IMG/VR virus record: IMGVR_UViG_3300038334_000164
Coordinates: 1-31,587 of that record
Length of the DNA: 31,587 nt
Direction: 5' to 3' (one strand)
Source: a virus
Lineage: Duplodnaviria > Caudoviricetes
In this document: positions 1 to 9,190 of the stretch, in pieces
Numbering within the stretch: position 1 is the stretch's first letter
Layout of the letters: each line of letters starts with the position of its first letter
Notes under the pieces: generated by a model
Seen by the model: only the letters and a program-made list of their open reading frames with translations
The model's database searches: none
Told to the model about the DNA's origin: nothing
Program-made: the position numbers and the translations under genes

Positions 1-1377
1 TTAATCAACTGGATTATTAAAAATATCTTCCAGAGCATCGCTTGCTTTTGCATCGGCAGATTTAATTGCATGAGCATAAATATTGCCAGTTGTTGATACA
101 TTAGCATGGCCAAGACGGGAAGAAACGGTTTTGAGATCCACACCTTTTGATATTAAAACTGATGCATTTGTGTGCCTCAATGAATGAAGATGAACTGGTT
201 TTAAATTGTGCTTAATGGTGAATCTTTTTAGATATTTGCTGATAGTGTCCAGATTCATTGGTTCACCATTCCATCTGGTAAATATATAACCAGAATCCTG
301 CCACCGATCACCAACCTTGAGACGTTCTTCAATTTGACAATCTTGATAAGTCCTGAAAAGATCAAAAACAGATTGTGGTAGTTTTAAGCTCCTCATTGAT
401 CCAAAAGTTTTTGTATCTCCTTCAAATGTTTTTTCGCCTGGAATATATTTCAATGAGCGGTTAATGGTTACGATGTTATTTTCAAAGTCGAGATCACCCC
501 ACTTTAAGCCGCCAATTTCACCACGCCTTAAGCCACTAAAAATAAGCAAATTGAGAGCCAGTTTATATTTTATTGGTTCATCATCCAATAATTTCAATAA
601 TTCCATGGTTTCTTTATCATCCATAAATTCAGGGCGTTTCTTCTCATTTTTGGGAAGCTCGACACGTTTTTCAATAACATTAAATGGAATAACGCCCCAC
701 CTAACAGCGGTATTCATGATGTTGTTTAATAATCGGTGATAATGAAGGACGGTTTCGATTGAAACTTGTCTGTTTTCACTTGAAGCCGAAAACAGGGTGT
801 AAAAATCCTTTTCCAATGCGCAGGCGATCTTTTGGGCTATATCATGGGTAGTATTACCACCTTTTTTTAATCGCCGTAGAGTGTCGTCATTAATTCCGGC
901 CTTACTTGAAATATCTTTTTGTTTCATTTTCGAAACGATTTCAAGATATTCAGGTGTGACTTTAAATTTTTCCCCGCCCCTTATGCTGGTACTTCCTTTT
1001 ATTTTCGAATAAAAATCTTGCACCTGTTTAGCCGAAATTTTCCCAATCTTCAGATGGCCCAGTTCTTCTACGATCTTAATTGATAAATCTTGATATCCTT
1101 TAATTGTCACTGGAGACAGATCTTTATTTCCGACGTAATCTTTGAACCAGATTTCAACAAAATCAATGAGCTTGATGTTGCTGTCCATGACGTAACCCAG
1201 TGAACACTTTTGTTCAAATTCGACGGCTATTTTATTGACTTCCTTGTCAATTTGGTTTTGAGTAAGACCTTCAGGCGGCTTGTAGGTTTGGGTATATCTT
1301 ATCTTTTTCCCGGTAATATCATAACCACCAGATACTACTATTTTATAAGAGTTGCCTCTTTTTTCTATATTGGCCAT
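1..1377 (-). CDS. int: Tyrosine recombinase / phage integrase with an internal HTH insertion
   Basis: N-terminal arm-binding region MANIEKRGNSYKIVVS; catalytic motifs GLRRGEI, HSLRHT, LGHA and IYAH. Confidence 0.95.
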   Translation of the reverse strand: MANIEKRGNSYKIVVSGGYDITGKKIRYTQTYKPPEGLTQNQIDKEVNKIAVEFEQKCSLGYVMDSNIKLIDFVEIWFKDYVGNKDLSPVTIKGYQDLSIKIVEELGHLKIGKISAKQVQDFYSKIKGSTSIRGGEKFKVTPEYLEIVSKMKQKDISSKAGINDDTLRRLKKGGNTTHDIAQKIACALEKDFYTLFSASSENRQVSIETVLHYHRLLNNIMNTAVRWGVIPFNVIEKRVELPKNEKKRPEFMDDKETMELLKLLDDEPIKYKLALNLLIFSGLRRGEIGGLKWGDLDFENNIVTINRSLKYIPGEKTFEGDTKTFGSMRSLKLPQSVFDLFRTYQDCQIEERLKVGDRWQDSGYIFTRWNGEPMNLDTISKYLKRFTIKHNLKPVHLHSLRHTNASVLISKGVDLKTVSSRLGHANVSTTGNIYAHAIKSADAKASDALEDIFNNPVD

Positions 1378-1380
1378 TGG

Positions 1381-2298
1381 TTATTCCTCCGTGTTTGGAG
1401 AATCACAATTCTTAGTAGCCGAAATGGCATCAGTAAAAGCTTTGACTTTTAGTGCAAATATCGCACTTTGCCCCCCTTCATTAAATGCATTAACTATTTT
1501 TTCAAAATAGGTGTCATCTATTGCTTCTATACGTTCATTTAATTCTTCAGAGAACTTTTTACCTTTTAATATTTCTTCATGAAATTCAAATTTAATATCA
1601 TCGAGCAATTTTTCAAATTCTTTAACAACAAGAAATTCTTGATAGTTCAAATTATATTTTGGATCATCTTCATCAAATTCTAAATTCAAGTAATCATATA
1701 ATGAGTCAAAGTCACTTTTGATTTTATAATACTCTTCGTCATCGTAATCCCAACTTAATTCGTCAAAGTCCAGTTTATTTATTTTGCAATATTTTGAAAA
1801 GTAAGCCATTTTAATTTCATCCATGAATGTTTTTTTTCTCATGAATTCTATAATGTGATCAACTAGTACATAAAATAACAAATCACTTAAAATCCAGTTG
1901 AGACATTCCATTCTAGATTCTAAATTTTTAAAACTCGATTCTTCATTTTTAAATTTGCTAATTTGCTCAATTGACATCTCACTCAAACCTAATTTTTCAT
2001 TGATTGACTTATTTTCAATGTCGAAACTTCGAACATCACTTTTTCCTAACAAATAATCGGCGGACACTTTGAAATATTCGCACATTCTAAAAAATGCATT
2101 AATATCGGGTGTCCTTTTCCCAGAAACATAAAGGCTTATTGATTGCTTGCTTACATCAACATATTCTGATAATTCTCTTTGACTGCGGCCATCTTCTTTA
2201 ATTAAGTAACTCAATCTTTCTTGGAAAACTCCACCTTCTTTACTTATCACTTCTTTTTCTTCCTGCATATCATTGTTTTCAACGTTTGTATTTTCCAC
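1381..2298 (-). CDS. Xre-family HTH repressor with a long C-terminal domain and no recognisable S24 peptidase
   Basis: FQERLSYLIKEDGRSQRELSEYVDVSKQSISLYVSGKRTPD...VSADYLLG is a typical HTH_3. GTG at 2298 follows a GGAGGG RBS (the ORF track starts at 2352). Divergent from the cro/xis operon. Confidence 0.85.
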   Translation of the reverse strand: MENTNVENNDMQEEKEVISKEGGVFQERLSYLIKEDGRSQRELSEYVDVSKQSISLYVSGKRTPDINAFFRMCEYFKVSADYLLGKSDVRSFDIENKSINEKLGLSEMSIEQISKFKNEESSFKNLESRMECLNWILSDLLFYVLVDHIIEFMRKKTFMDEIKMAYFSKYCKINKLDFDELSWDYDDEEYYKIKSDFDSLYDYLNLEFDEDDPKYNLNYQEFLVVKEFEKLLDDIKFEFHEEILKGKKFSEELNERIEAIDDTYFEKIVNAFNEGGQSAIFALKVKAFTDAISATKNCDSPNTEE

Positions 2299-2355
2299 AA
2301 TTGCACCCTCCATTAATACTCGAAAGTAGTCAAATAAAATAATGACAATCATAAG

Positions 2356-2384
2356 TTGACATTCATTGCTGATGATGTTATAAT
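2356..2384 (+). promoter_or_regulatory. Consensus sigma-A promoter for the early lytic operon
   Basis: TTGACA (2356-2361), 17-bp spacer, TATAAT (2379-2384), with extended TG at 2376-2377. Confidence 0.85.
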
Positions 2385-2411
2385 TTCAATATGACAACAT
2401 ATGTTATACAA

Positions 2412-2440
2412 ATTATTACACATGACATTATAGTTGTCAA
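2412..2440 (-). promoter_or_regulatory. Leftward promoter for repressor/integrase, overlapping a TGACA-N7-TGTCA operator-like palindrome
   Basis: Minus strand TTGACA (2440-2435), 17-bp spacer, TGn-AATAAT (2417-2412); palindrome at 2423-2439. Confidence 0.6.
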
Positions 2441-2468
2441 CAATAATAATAATTAAGGAGGTGTTATT

Positions 2469-2648
2469 TTGAATAACAAAGATGTCCGAGAAGAAATTAA
2501 GAAATCGAAATTATTTCAATGGCAAGTAGCCGAAGCCATTGGCATTAATGAGAGTGCCTTTTCTCGTAAATTGAGATATGAATTGCCAAAAGAAGAAAAG
2601 CAAGAAATATTCTCAGTGATTCAAAAATTGAAAGAAAGGGAGAATTAA
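2469..2648 (+). CDS. Cro-like HTH regulator (59 aa, not in the ORF track)
   Basis: AGGAGG RBS at 2456-2461 and TTG start; MNNKDVREEIKKSKLFQWQVAEAIGINESAFSRKLRYELP...; first gene of the rightward operon. Confidence 0.8.
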   Translation: MNNKDVREEIKKSKLFQWQVAEAIGINESAFSRKLRYELPKEEKQEIFSVIQKLKEREN

Positions 2649-2649
2649 A

Positions 2650-2925
2650 ATGATTCCAAGAATGCGGCTTGCCCGCGAAGTAGTCGAAGAACTGAAAAAG
2701 CTTGATCCTGGAACATCAGTAACGGAATCGGGGATCAGACGACTTGTTAAGGAGGGGAAACTTAGAAGTGTCAAGGTAGGGAACAAAAGCCTTATCAATC
2801 TTGACCAGTGCATTGCATACTTCAATGAACCATTAATCATAATTGAACCAGTGCCAGAAGCAGCAACATCACTTATTAAGTTAGACAGGATGGAACAGTT
2901 CAGAAAAAATATTGGTATGAGATAA
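2650..2925 (+). CDS. Excisionase-like HTH_17 DNA-binding protein
   Basis: SVTESGIRRLVKEGKLRSVKVGNKSLINLD matches the Xis/MerR-like winged HTH pattern. Confidence 0.8.
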   Translation: MIPRMRLAREVVEELKKLDPGTSVTESGIRRLVKEGKLRSVKVGNKSLINLDQCIAYFNEPLIIIEPVPEAATSLIKLDRMEQFRKNIGMR

Positions 2926-2938
2926 GAGGTGATGAACT

Positions 2939-3523
2939 ATTCCAGATCCATTTGAATATGTAAAAGAAAATCTTAATATTTTAGATGTTGCAGAAAGATA
3001 CGGTATTCAGATTAACAGGAGCAAAAAAAGCTTGTGCATCTTCCACGATGAAAAAACACCTTCAATGGGTTTCAAGGGGAAATATTTTAAATGTTTCAGT
3101 TGCGGGGCCGGTGGAAGCGTAATAGATCTTACTGAAAAGTTATTCAGTTTGACAGCGATTGAAGCAGTTCAGAAATTGAACATTGACTTCTCTTTAGGTT
3201 TGGATCTTAAATCAGATTATGTGGTCGATTCTGAAGAAATACGTCGAATTGAACAAAACAGAAATTTGATCAAAGGTTTTAAAAAGTGGGTTGATGAAAC
3301 TTATTCCAATTATGCCAGTTTAGCCAGGCTATACGTCGATAATATTAAAAAGTATCAACCAGTGATTGGTGATGAAGAATTTCATCCCAAATATGTGGAA
3401 GCGGTTCACAGACTACCGGCGGTAAATTATATACTGGATGTTTTATTTGAAGGCAGCGATCAGGACAAAATATTACTATATAAGGAGTTGACCATAAGGG
3501 AGGTGACGGCGGCTAATGAATGA
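2939..3523 (+). CDS. CHC2 zinc-finger (DnaG zinc-binding-domain-like) replication protein, no TOPRIM domain
   Basis: CIFHDEKTPS...FKCFSCGAGGSVIDL. The frame stays open upstream of 3032 (PDPFEYVKENLNILDVAERYG) to an ATT at 2939, 7 nt after GAGGTG. Confidence 0.8.
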   Translation: MPDPFEYVKENLNILDVAERYGIQINRSKKSLCIFHDEKTPSMGFKGKYFKCFSCGAGGSVIDLTEKLFSLTAIEAVQKLNIDFSLGLDLKSDYVVDSEEIRRIEQNRNLIKGFKKWVDETYSNYASLARLYVDNIKKYQPVIGDEEFHPKYVEAVHRLPAVNYILDVLFEGSDQDKILLYKELTIREVTAANE

Positions 3524-5117
3524 AGTCGATCTAAGGAATTTACAGGAAATTACAGAGAAAAAAAACCACCTATTCGCAGTAGGAGGTTCGGTTGAACCGG
3601 GCAACGATTCAATTAATTTATGTGATGATTCTACCACACTTGAGGATTCTTCACAAGAAAAAAAAGAGAAATCCTATGAATGGGAGCCGCCTAAACCCCT
3701 TGAAAAGGAACAGATGCTTCCAAATTTTCCCTTGGAGTGTTTACCAGATGATGTTAGGCGGTATGTGGAAGCCGTGGCAGAGAATACAGCAACCCCGGTT
3801 GATATGGCATCCGTAGCAAGTTTGGCGGTAATCGCTGGTTCAGTTCAAAAGAAATTCAGAATCAAAGGCAAACCTGATTATTATGAACCGCTGAATATTT
3901 ACGCTCTAATTATAGCGGATCCTGCTGAGCGCAAAAGCTCGGTTATGCGTGAAATGACCCGCTATACCAAAGGTTATGAACGAGAAGTTAATGGTACGAG
4001 GGTTGAAATCATAGACTACCAGACGATCCAATACAATTCATTATGTGGCCAGTTATCAAAAAGCGAAAAAGCCGGTAATATCGAAGAAGCGGTTTCTTTG
4101 AAAAAAGAATTGCGAGAACTTGAATCAGATTTGGTCAGGCCATTGAGATTGGTGGCCGACGATGTAACGCCGGAAGCTCTTACAACGCTATTGGCAGAAA
4201 ATAATGGTGCGTTATCAATTATTTCAGCTGAAGGCGGTTTCTTTGATATTTTGGCTGGACGTTACTCAAATACAGCTTGTATTGATACGGTATTGAAAGC
4301 GCATTCGGGAGATGACATACATATTGATCGTAAGGGCAGACCAAAGGAATATATCCGAGATCCAGCTCTAACAATGCTTTTATCGGTTCAAAACGATGTG
4401 ATCCGGGGAATATTTGAAAATAGCACTTTTAAGGGACGGGGATTAAATGCGAGGTTTTTATACAGCAAGCCGAAATCAATCATAGGGACAAGAAGGTTTG
4501 AAACTGAACCGATTCCACAGGAAGTAAAAATCAATTATAAAAAGCTCATCTATGAGTTGCTGGACATACCAACCCCGGCCGATGAAGATATAAAAACTAT
4601 CACTATTGGTTCTGAAGCATACTCAATGCTGAAGTCATATTTTGAAGCAATCGAAGCCGAACTGGTTGGTAGTCTTGAAGATATGCGAGATTGGGCCGGT
4701 AAATTAGTTGGTGCGGCGTTGAGGATTGCAGGGTTATTACATTGTATGACTTTTGGCAATTCAGCAGATCAATATCCAGTTAGTCAAAAAAGAATGATGG
4801 ATGCCATCACAGTTGCGAATTACTTTATTGATCATGCCAAAGCTTGCTATCGATTAATGGGTGTTGATGAAAATATTCAACATGTAAAACATGTTCTGAA
4901 GAAATTGGAACAGAATCCGCAGGCGCAGTATAAAAAACATGACATTTATAAGATGTGCCGAAATTCTCATATAAAAGTAGTTAATGATATTGAACCACTA
5001 TTGGAAATACTGGTTCTTCATAATTACTTACATGAGGTTTTGCCCTGTGAAGTAGACCGAACGGGACGCAAACCAGCGACAATTTACAAACTAAATCCAG
5101 AGTATTTTAAATTTTAA
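3516..5117 (+). CDS. YfjI/DUF3987-family putative replicative helicase/NTPase
   Basis: FPLECLP, EPLNIYALIIADPAERKS (P-loop-like), DDVTPEAL, SAEGG, IDRKGR and GLNARFLY motifs typical of DUF3987 proteins. Confidence 0.85.
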   Translation: MNEVDLRNLQEITEKKNHLFAVGGSVEPGNDSINLCDDSTTLEDSSQEKKEKSYEWEPPKPLEKEQMLPNFPLECLPDDVRRYVEAVAENTATPVDMASVASLAVIAGSVQKKFRIKGKPDYYEPLNIYALIIADPAERKSSVMREMTRYTKGYEREVNGTRVEIIDYQTIQYNSLCGQLSKSEKAGNIEEAVSLKKELRELESDLVRPLRLVADDVTPEALTTLLAENNGALSIISAEGGFFDILAGRYSNTACIDTVLKAHSGDDIHIDRKGRPKEYIRDPALTMLLSVQNDVIRGIFENSTFKGRGLNARFLYSKPKSIIGTRRFETEPIPQEVKINYKKLIYELLDIPTPADEDIKTITIGSEAYSMLKSYFEAIEAELVGSLEDMRDWAGKLVGAALRIAGLLHCMTFGNSADQYPVSQKRMMDAITVANYFIDHAKACYRLMGVDENIQHVKHVLKKLEQNPQAQYKKHDIYKMCRNSHIKVVNDIEPLLEILVLHNYLHEVLPCEVDRTGRKPATIYKLNPEYFKF

Positions 5118-5123
5118 ATACCG

Positions 5124-5193
5124 TGGCATTAATGGCGTAAATGGCGTAATTAAAACTAAATAATAGTTTATACCATTTACGCCATTTAAGCCA
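5124..5193. repeat. Putative replication origin: 3+3 inverted 9-bp iterons
   Basis: TGGCATTAA TGGCGTAAA TGGCGTAAT, a 16-bp AT-rich spacer, then TTTATACCA TTTACGCCA TTTAAGCCA; immediately after the helicase stop. Confidence 0.7.
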
Positions 5194-5230
5194 AACAATA
5201 AAAAATTAAATTTAAAGGAGAAAAAAATAA

Positions 5231-5740
5231 ATGAACATTAGAACAATTAACGCAATTGACGAAATCGGTTTTGATTTGGAAAAAGCCCAGATGATGGTGA
5301 GTGAGATCCAGGACAGTTATTTAGATGGTACACCTTGTGATATATCCAACCCAAAGGACAGAGAAGATTTATCATATAAATTATTGTTGGAGTTTCAGCG
5401 GTATTCAGTTTATGCCAGTATATTAATGGATTATATGAGCAAGGTGGAAAAGGGCCTTGATGCTTTGACAAAAGATCTAGATAATAACCGGCACGAAACC
5501 GACCGACTAACCAAAAATATTGAGAAAAATATCAACGATGCCGCCGATCTGATGGAAGCTATTACCAACGGTGCAGCCGCCGGGGAAATGATCAAAAACA
5601 ATGCTGAAGTTGCCCATGACTTTTTACAGTCAGCACTCTATGATTTTGCCAATCTTAGCAAAGGCCCGGGTGCCCATGAGCCATCAGAATATGAAATCTG
5701 GGAGCAGAAAAATATCCGAAAAGTTGAGGTGGTGCAGTAA
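5231..5740 (+). CDS. Hypothetical phage protein (acidic, helical)
   Basis: AAAGGAG RBS; 169-aa ORF within the early operon. Confidence 0.7.
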   Translation: MNIRTINAIDEIGFDLEKAQMMVSEIQDSYLDGTPCDISNPKDREDLSYKLLLEFQRYSVYASILMDYMSKVEKGLDALTKDLDNNRHETDRLTKNIEKNINDAADLMEAITNGAAAGEMIKNNAEVAHDFLQSALYDFANLSKGPGAHEPSEYEIWEQKNIRKVEVVQ

Positions 5741-5767
5741 CAATGGTTAAATTAAGAAAAAAAGCAG

Positions 5768-5799
5768 TAGTGAAGAATTTTTTATTAAATTCTTCACTA
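5768..5799. repeat. Perfect 13-bp inverted repeat (hairpin or operator)
   Basis: TAGTGAAGAATTT-TTTATT-AAATTCTTCACTA in the intergenic gap. Confidence 0.6.
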
Positions 5800-5815
5800 A
5801 TCGAAAAGAGGATTT

Positions 5816-6457
5816 ATGCTAAGAGTTATTGAAGGAACAAAAAAAGACATCTCACCAGTGGATTATAAAACTATCTACCTTAAGGGCATAATCCGTGCAA
5901 TAAATCTAAAAGAGCTTGAACCGGATAACAACGAGGCAACCAAGAGGATTATCTTTTATACCATAAAGTATTTTTCAATAGTGGATCTGGAAGGTGCAAC
6001 CCGGGAGAACTTGGAGGGATTGCTAAGTTTAAATGAGATGCTTTTAGATATGATCTGCGAACTAACTCCAGTGGAGTTGATGACCATCTTTCCAATAAAG
6101 AAAACCTATGATGGGGCAAAATTCGAAATGAAAGACTATTTCACAGCCATGGAAGCATTACAGGCACACGGGTTAAATGAGTCGATTCAGGAAAAGGAAA
6201 CAGCATCTTCCCTATTGTGGGATTATATGAATAACACCGTCATGATGTACCAGGTGTGTTTTATGAGTGTTGTCAGTAAACTTCACAGCATGGAGACCGG
6301 CAAGGGACTGATGGAGCAATTCATTGAAGAACAAGGCGTAAAAGTTGGAACATTTAGGAAATATGAAAATGATGGCCAAACCTTCATGGTTGGCGAAGAT
6401 GGCCGATCAACCCCTGTGAAAAAACGAGTGCCACGTTATTTAAAATTATTGCATTGA
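5816..6457 (+). CDS. Hypothetical phage protein
   Basis: 213-aa ORF with an AGAGGA RBS, closely followed by the ERCC4 gene. Confidence 0.75.
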   Translation: MLRVIEGTKKDISPVDYKTIYLKGIIRAINLKELEPDNNEATKRIIFYTIKYFSIVDLEGATRENLEGLLSLNEMLLDMICELTPVELMTIFPIKKTYDGAKFEMKDYFTAMEALQAHGLNESIQEKETASSLLWDYMNNTVMMYQVCFMSVVSKLHSMETGKGLMEQFIEEQGVKVGTFRKYENDGQTFMVGEDGRSTPVKKRVPRYLKLLH

Positions 6458-6466
6458 GAGGTGTCC

Positions 6467-7000
6467 ATGAATCTATACCGATATACAGACACTGAGTTAA
6501 AAAAGTTGCTTAAAACCATGGTGATCTTGTGTGATACCAGGGAGCAGGAAAATACTCACATTACGGGCTATCTTAAAAAGAAGGATGTACCTTACATGTC
6601 CAAAGCCCTGAGTTTTGGCGATTATTCCGCAATGGTTCCAGCCAACCCTGAAATGGGCATCGTGAGAGACATCTTCTTTGATCATTCAGTGGTAATTGAG
6701 CGCAAGGGATCCTTGGAGGAGCTGTCCGGGAATCTCACCAATGGCCGGGAGCGGTTCAAGGATGAACTAATCCGAGCTAGTAAAGCAGAGTTTCACCTGA
6801 TGATTGAGGGCAAAAGCTTCAGCGACATCATTAATCACCGGTACACCACCCAATTCAGCGAAAAGGCTTATATGGCTTCACTCTTGTCTTTGCAGAGTGA
6901 ACACGGCTTTAACTTAGCATTCATTGACCGGAATGACGCTGGTTTATATATTTACTCATTCTTATATTACCATATCAGAAATAAAATTCTAAAGGGGTAG
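6467..7000 (+). CDS. ERCC4-domain structure-specific nuclease
   Basis: DTREQ, GDY and IERKGSLEEL motifs of the ERCC4/XPF nuclease domain. Confidence 0.88.
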   Translation: MNLYRYTDTELKKLLKTMVILCDTREQENTHITGYLKKKDVPYMSKALSFGDYSAMVPANPEMGIVRDIFFDHSVVIERKGSLEELSGNLTNGRERFKDELIRASKAEFHLMIEGKSFSDIINHRYTTQFSEKAYMASLLSLQSEHGFNLAFIDRNDAGLYIYSFLYYHIRNKILKG

Positions 7001-7003
7001 CGC

Positions 7004-7186
7004 ATGAAAAAATATGGTTTTGTTTTTGAAGATAAAGAATATGGTGCAGATGTGCCGTGTATTATAGAAGTTTACGCTAATAGTTTTGATGAGGCTTGCA
7101 GAAAAAAGCGTGATTTGCTTTTGTTGGCCGATCGGGCAAAAGAAGAGGGTTACCCTATTTATAAGAAAATCAAACGGTACCGTTGA
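7004..7186 (+). CDS. Small hypothetical protein
   Basis: 60-aa ORF with an AAGGGG RBS directly after the ERCC4 gene. Confidence 0.55.
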   Translation: MKKYGFVFEDKEYGADVPCIIEVYANSFDEACRKKRDLLLLADRAKEEGYPIYKKIKRYR

Positions 7187-7527
7187 AAAGCCTTATGTTA
7201 TCTAAACTACCGGTTGCAAAGCTGATTTTTGGAGCTGAGGATGTTTGAAAATGCAATCCTAAAGTAATCATTGATATGTATGGTTTAACTATTGAGGCTG
7301 TACGGCAAAATATAAACAGGGGCGTATATCAAATTAAACCTCTGTTTTAGAGATTGAGTTAAAAAACAAATATCAGTTCCAATGCGGGCTGCAGGAGAAA
7401 TTGAAATTTTTGAAAAAATTTGAAAATAGGGATCCAACCTGCTATGAGATGGAGCTTGAAAAACTTAGAACATTATTTGAAGCCTTTTAAAAACCCATGA
7501 GAATGTAAAATTTTAAGGAGGATGTGA

Positions 7528-7947
7528 ATGACACATGGAGAATTGAGTCAGTTACGACATTTGGGAAATGAGATAAAACAGATCAATAAAAAGATCAAAG
7601 AATTAGAAACGATATCCGAGAGGGTAACATCAAATGGATTCGATGGAATGCCACGAGGCAGTGGAATATCTGATAAAGTAGGGAATGGCGCAGTGGGACT
7701 TGCTGACTACAAAGCGAGACTTCAAGTGAATAAAGAAAAGTATTGGAACGAGATCAATAGGCTAATGGCTTTCATAGAAACGGTAAATGATAGTGAAACG
7801 AGACAGATAATCTCGTTAAAATATATCAATAATTTTACTTTTCAGCAGATCGCTTTTGCCATTGGCAGCTATGACGAGAGTGTGCCAAGGAAGAAATTAA
7901 AAATATTTTTAACACAATCCGAAAAATCCGACGAAGAAAAATTATAA
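7528..7947 (+). CDS. Late-gene transcriptional activator (RinA/ArpU/DUF1492-like)
   Basis: DGMPRGSGISDKVG linker and C-terminal sigma-4-like HTH (RQIISLKYINNFTFQQIA); AAGGAGG RBS; lies just before the packaging module. Confidence 0.8.
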   Translation: MTHGELSQLRHLGNEIKQINKKIKELETISERVTSNGFDGMPRGSGISDKVGNGAVGLADYKARLQVNKEKYWNEINRLMAFIETVNDSETRQIISLKYINNFTFQQIAFAIGSYDESVPRKKLKIFLTQSEKSDEEKL

Positions 7948-8063
7948 TGTAATAGGGAAAAGCTTTGGTTCTTTGCGTGGTACTTGTATTTAAAAGTTAC
8001 TTTTCCTGAAGATTGATATTTTATTGTTGGCAACAGTGTCATTAGTTGAAAAATTTAATCTGT

Positions 8064-8090
8064 TGGCGTAAATGGCATAATTGGCATTAT
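8064..8090 (+). repeat. Second cluster of the 9-bp iteron triplet
   Basis: TGGCGTAAA TGGCATAAT TGGCATTAT. Confidence 0.6.
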
Positions 8091-8235
8091 TTTGAAGCCG
8101 CAGAGTTTTAATAAGAAATTAGTATAAATATAGAGAAGAAGGTGTTATATCACAGGCGTGATCATAGCGCCTTCTTAAATGCACATCAGCAATGATGTGT
8201 TTTTTAATGCAAAAAAACAAGGAGGGGAAAGTCAC

Positions 8236-8424
8236 ATGGTCATGACCTTGTGTTATAAATGCGCTGATGTGATCAGCGAGGATAAGACGCAAACGATAAA
8301 TAGATTGGATGATGAGCAGAAAATAAAAGAACCATGCTTCATGTGTAGAAAGCCGGGGTTTGATTACATTGTAAGTGATAAGGAGAATACCAATGGCAAA
8401 GGATTGGGCCAAGGGATTCTATAA
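8236..8424 (+). CDS. Small Cys-rich (CxxC...CxxC) phage protein
   Basis: GGAGGGG RBS before ATG 8236; CYKC and CFMC motifs. Confidence 0.6.
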   Translation: MVMTLCYKCADVISEDKTQTINRLDDEQKIKEPCFMCRKPGFDYIVSDKENTNGKGLGQGIL

Positions 8425-8728
8425 TAGCAAAGCATGGAAGGATTGCAAGCGGTCTTACATCCAATCAGTCCATGGTTTATGTGAGAGCTGCTTAGAACAA
8501 GACAGGATCACACCCGGTTACATCTTGCATCATGAGGTCTGGCTGACTCCTGACAACGTTAATGATCCAGGTGTTACATTGAACTGGAATAATTTGAAAT
8601 ATGTTTGTCAGCATTGCCATAATTATATCCATATGAGTGGAGATGGGCCAATAGATGAGCGTTATTGTTTCGATGAGAGTGGAAATTTTATTTTAAATGA
8701 TAATTCAGCACTCCCCCCATTCAAATAA
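8393..8728 (+). CDS. Terminase-associated HNH endonuclease
   Basis: FYNSKAWK, CESC, HHEVWL...NLKYVCQHCHN; directly upstream of terS as in HK97-like cos phages. Confidence 0.9.
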   Translation: MAKDWAKGFYNSKAWKDCKRSYIQSVHGLCESCLEQDRITPGYILHHEVWLTPDNVNDPGVTLNWNNLKYVCQHCHNYIHMSGDGPIDERYCFDESGNFILNDNSALPPFK

Positions 8729-8800
8729 TGAAAATTACCAAACAAAAGACCGATGGGGATCCTCCGAAAAATACGCAGGTCAAACACCTGACCCCCTACC
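8712..8800. other. Probable cos packaging region
   Basis: C-run and GC-rich stretch with a short inverted repeat (CAGGT-CAAAC-ACCTG) between HNH and terS, the usual cos position. The exact cut site is not determined. Confidence 0.4.
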
Positions 8801-8818
8801 TGAAAGGATGTGATAAAT

Positions 8819-9190
8819 ATGGCGACTAAGAAAGAATTGACGAAAGATATACGAATCAGCATGGAAGAAGATAGACTTCGAAAAATTTACAGTAGCATAG
8901 ACGAAGATAATAAAGCGATCATTGATGGCTTAATTCAGAGAGCGGCCTATATGCGGATTACCCTGGAAGATTGGGAGCGTGATATTGACGACAATGGTTT
9001 TATTGAAATGTTTACGCAATCAGAAAAAACAGCACCATATGAACGGGAACGTCCGGTGATTCGGCTATACAACACCATGAATAAAAATTATCAGAGTATC
9101 ATCAAGCAGCTATCCGATTTAGTGCCAAAGTATGAAGTGAAGGTGAAAGATGATGGATTCGAAGCATTCATCAACGCCCGGGATGATTAG
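8819..9190 (+). CDS. terS: Terminase small subunit
   Basis: Lies between HNH and terL; LIQRAAYMRITLED...ERERP...YNTMNKNYQSIIKQL pattern. Confidence 0.8.
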   Translation: MATKKELTKDIRISMEEDRLRKIYSSIDEDNKAIIDGLIQRAAYMRITLEDWERDIDDNGFIEMFTQSEKTAPYERERPVIRLYNTMNKNYQSIIKQLSDLVPKYEVKVKDDGFEAFINARDD

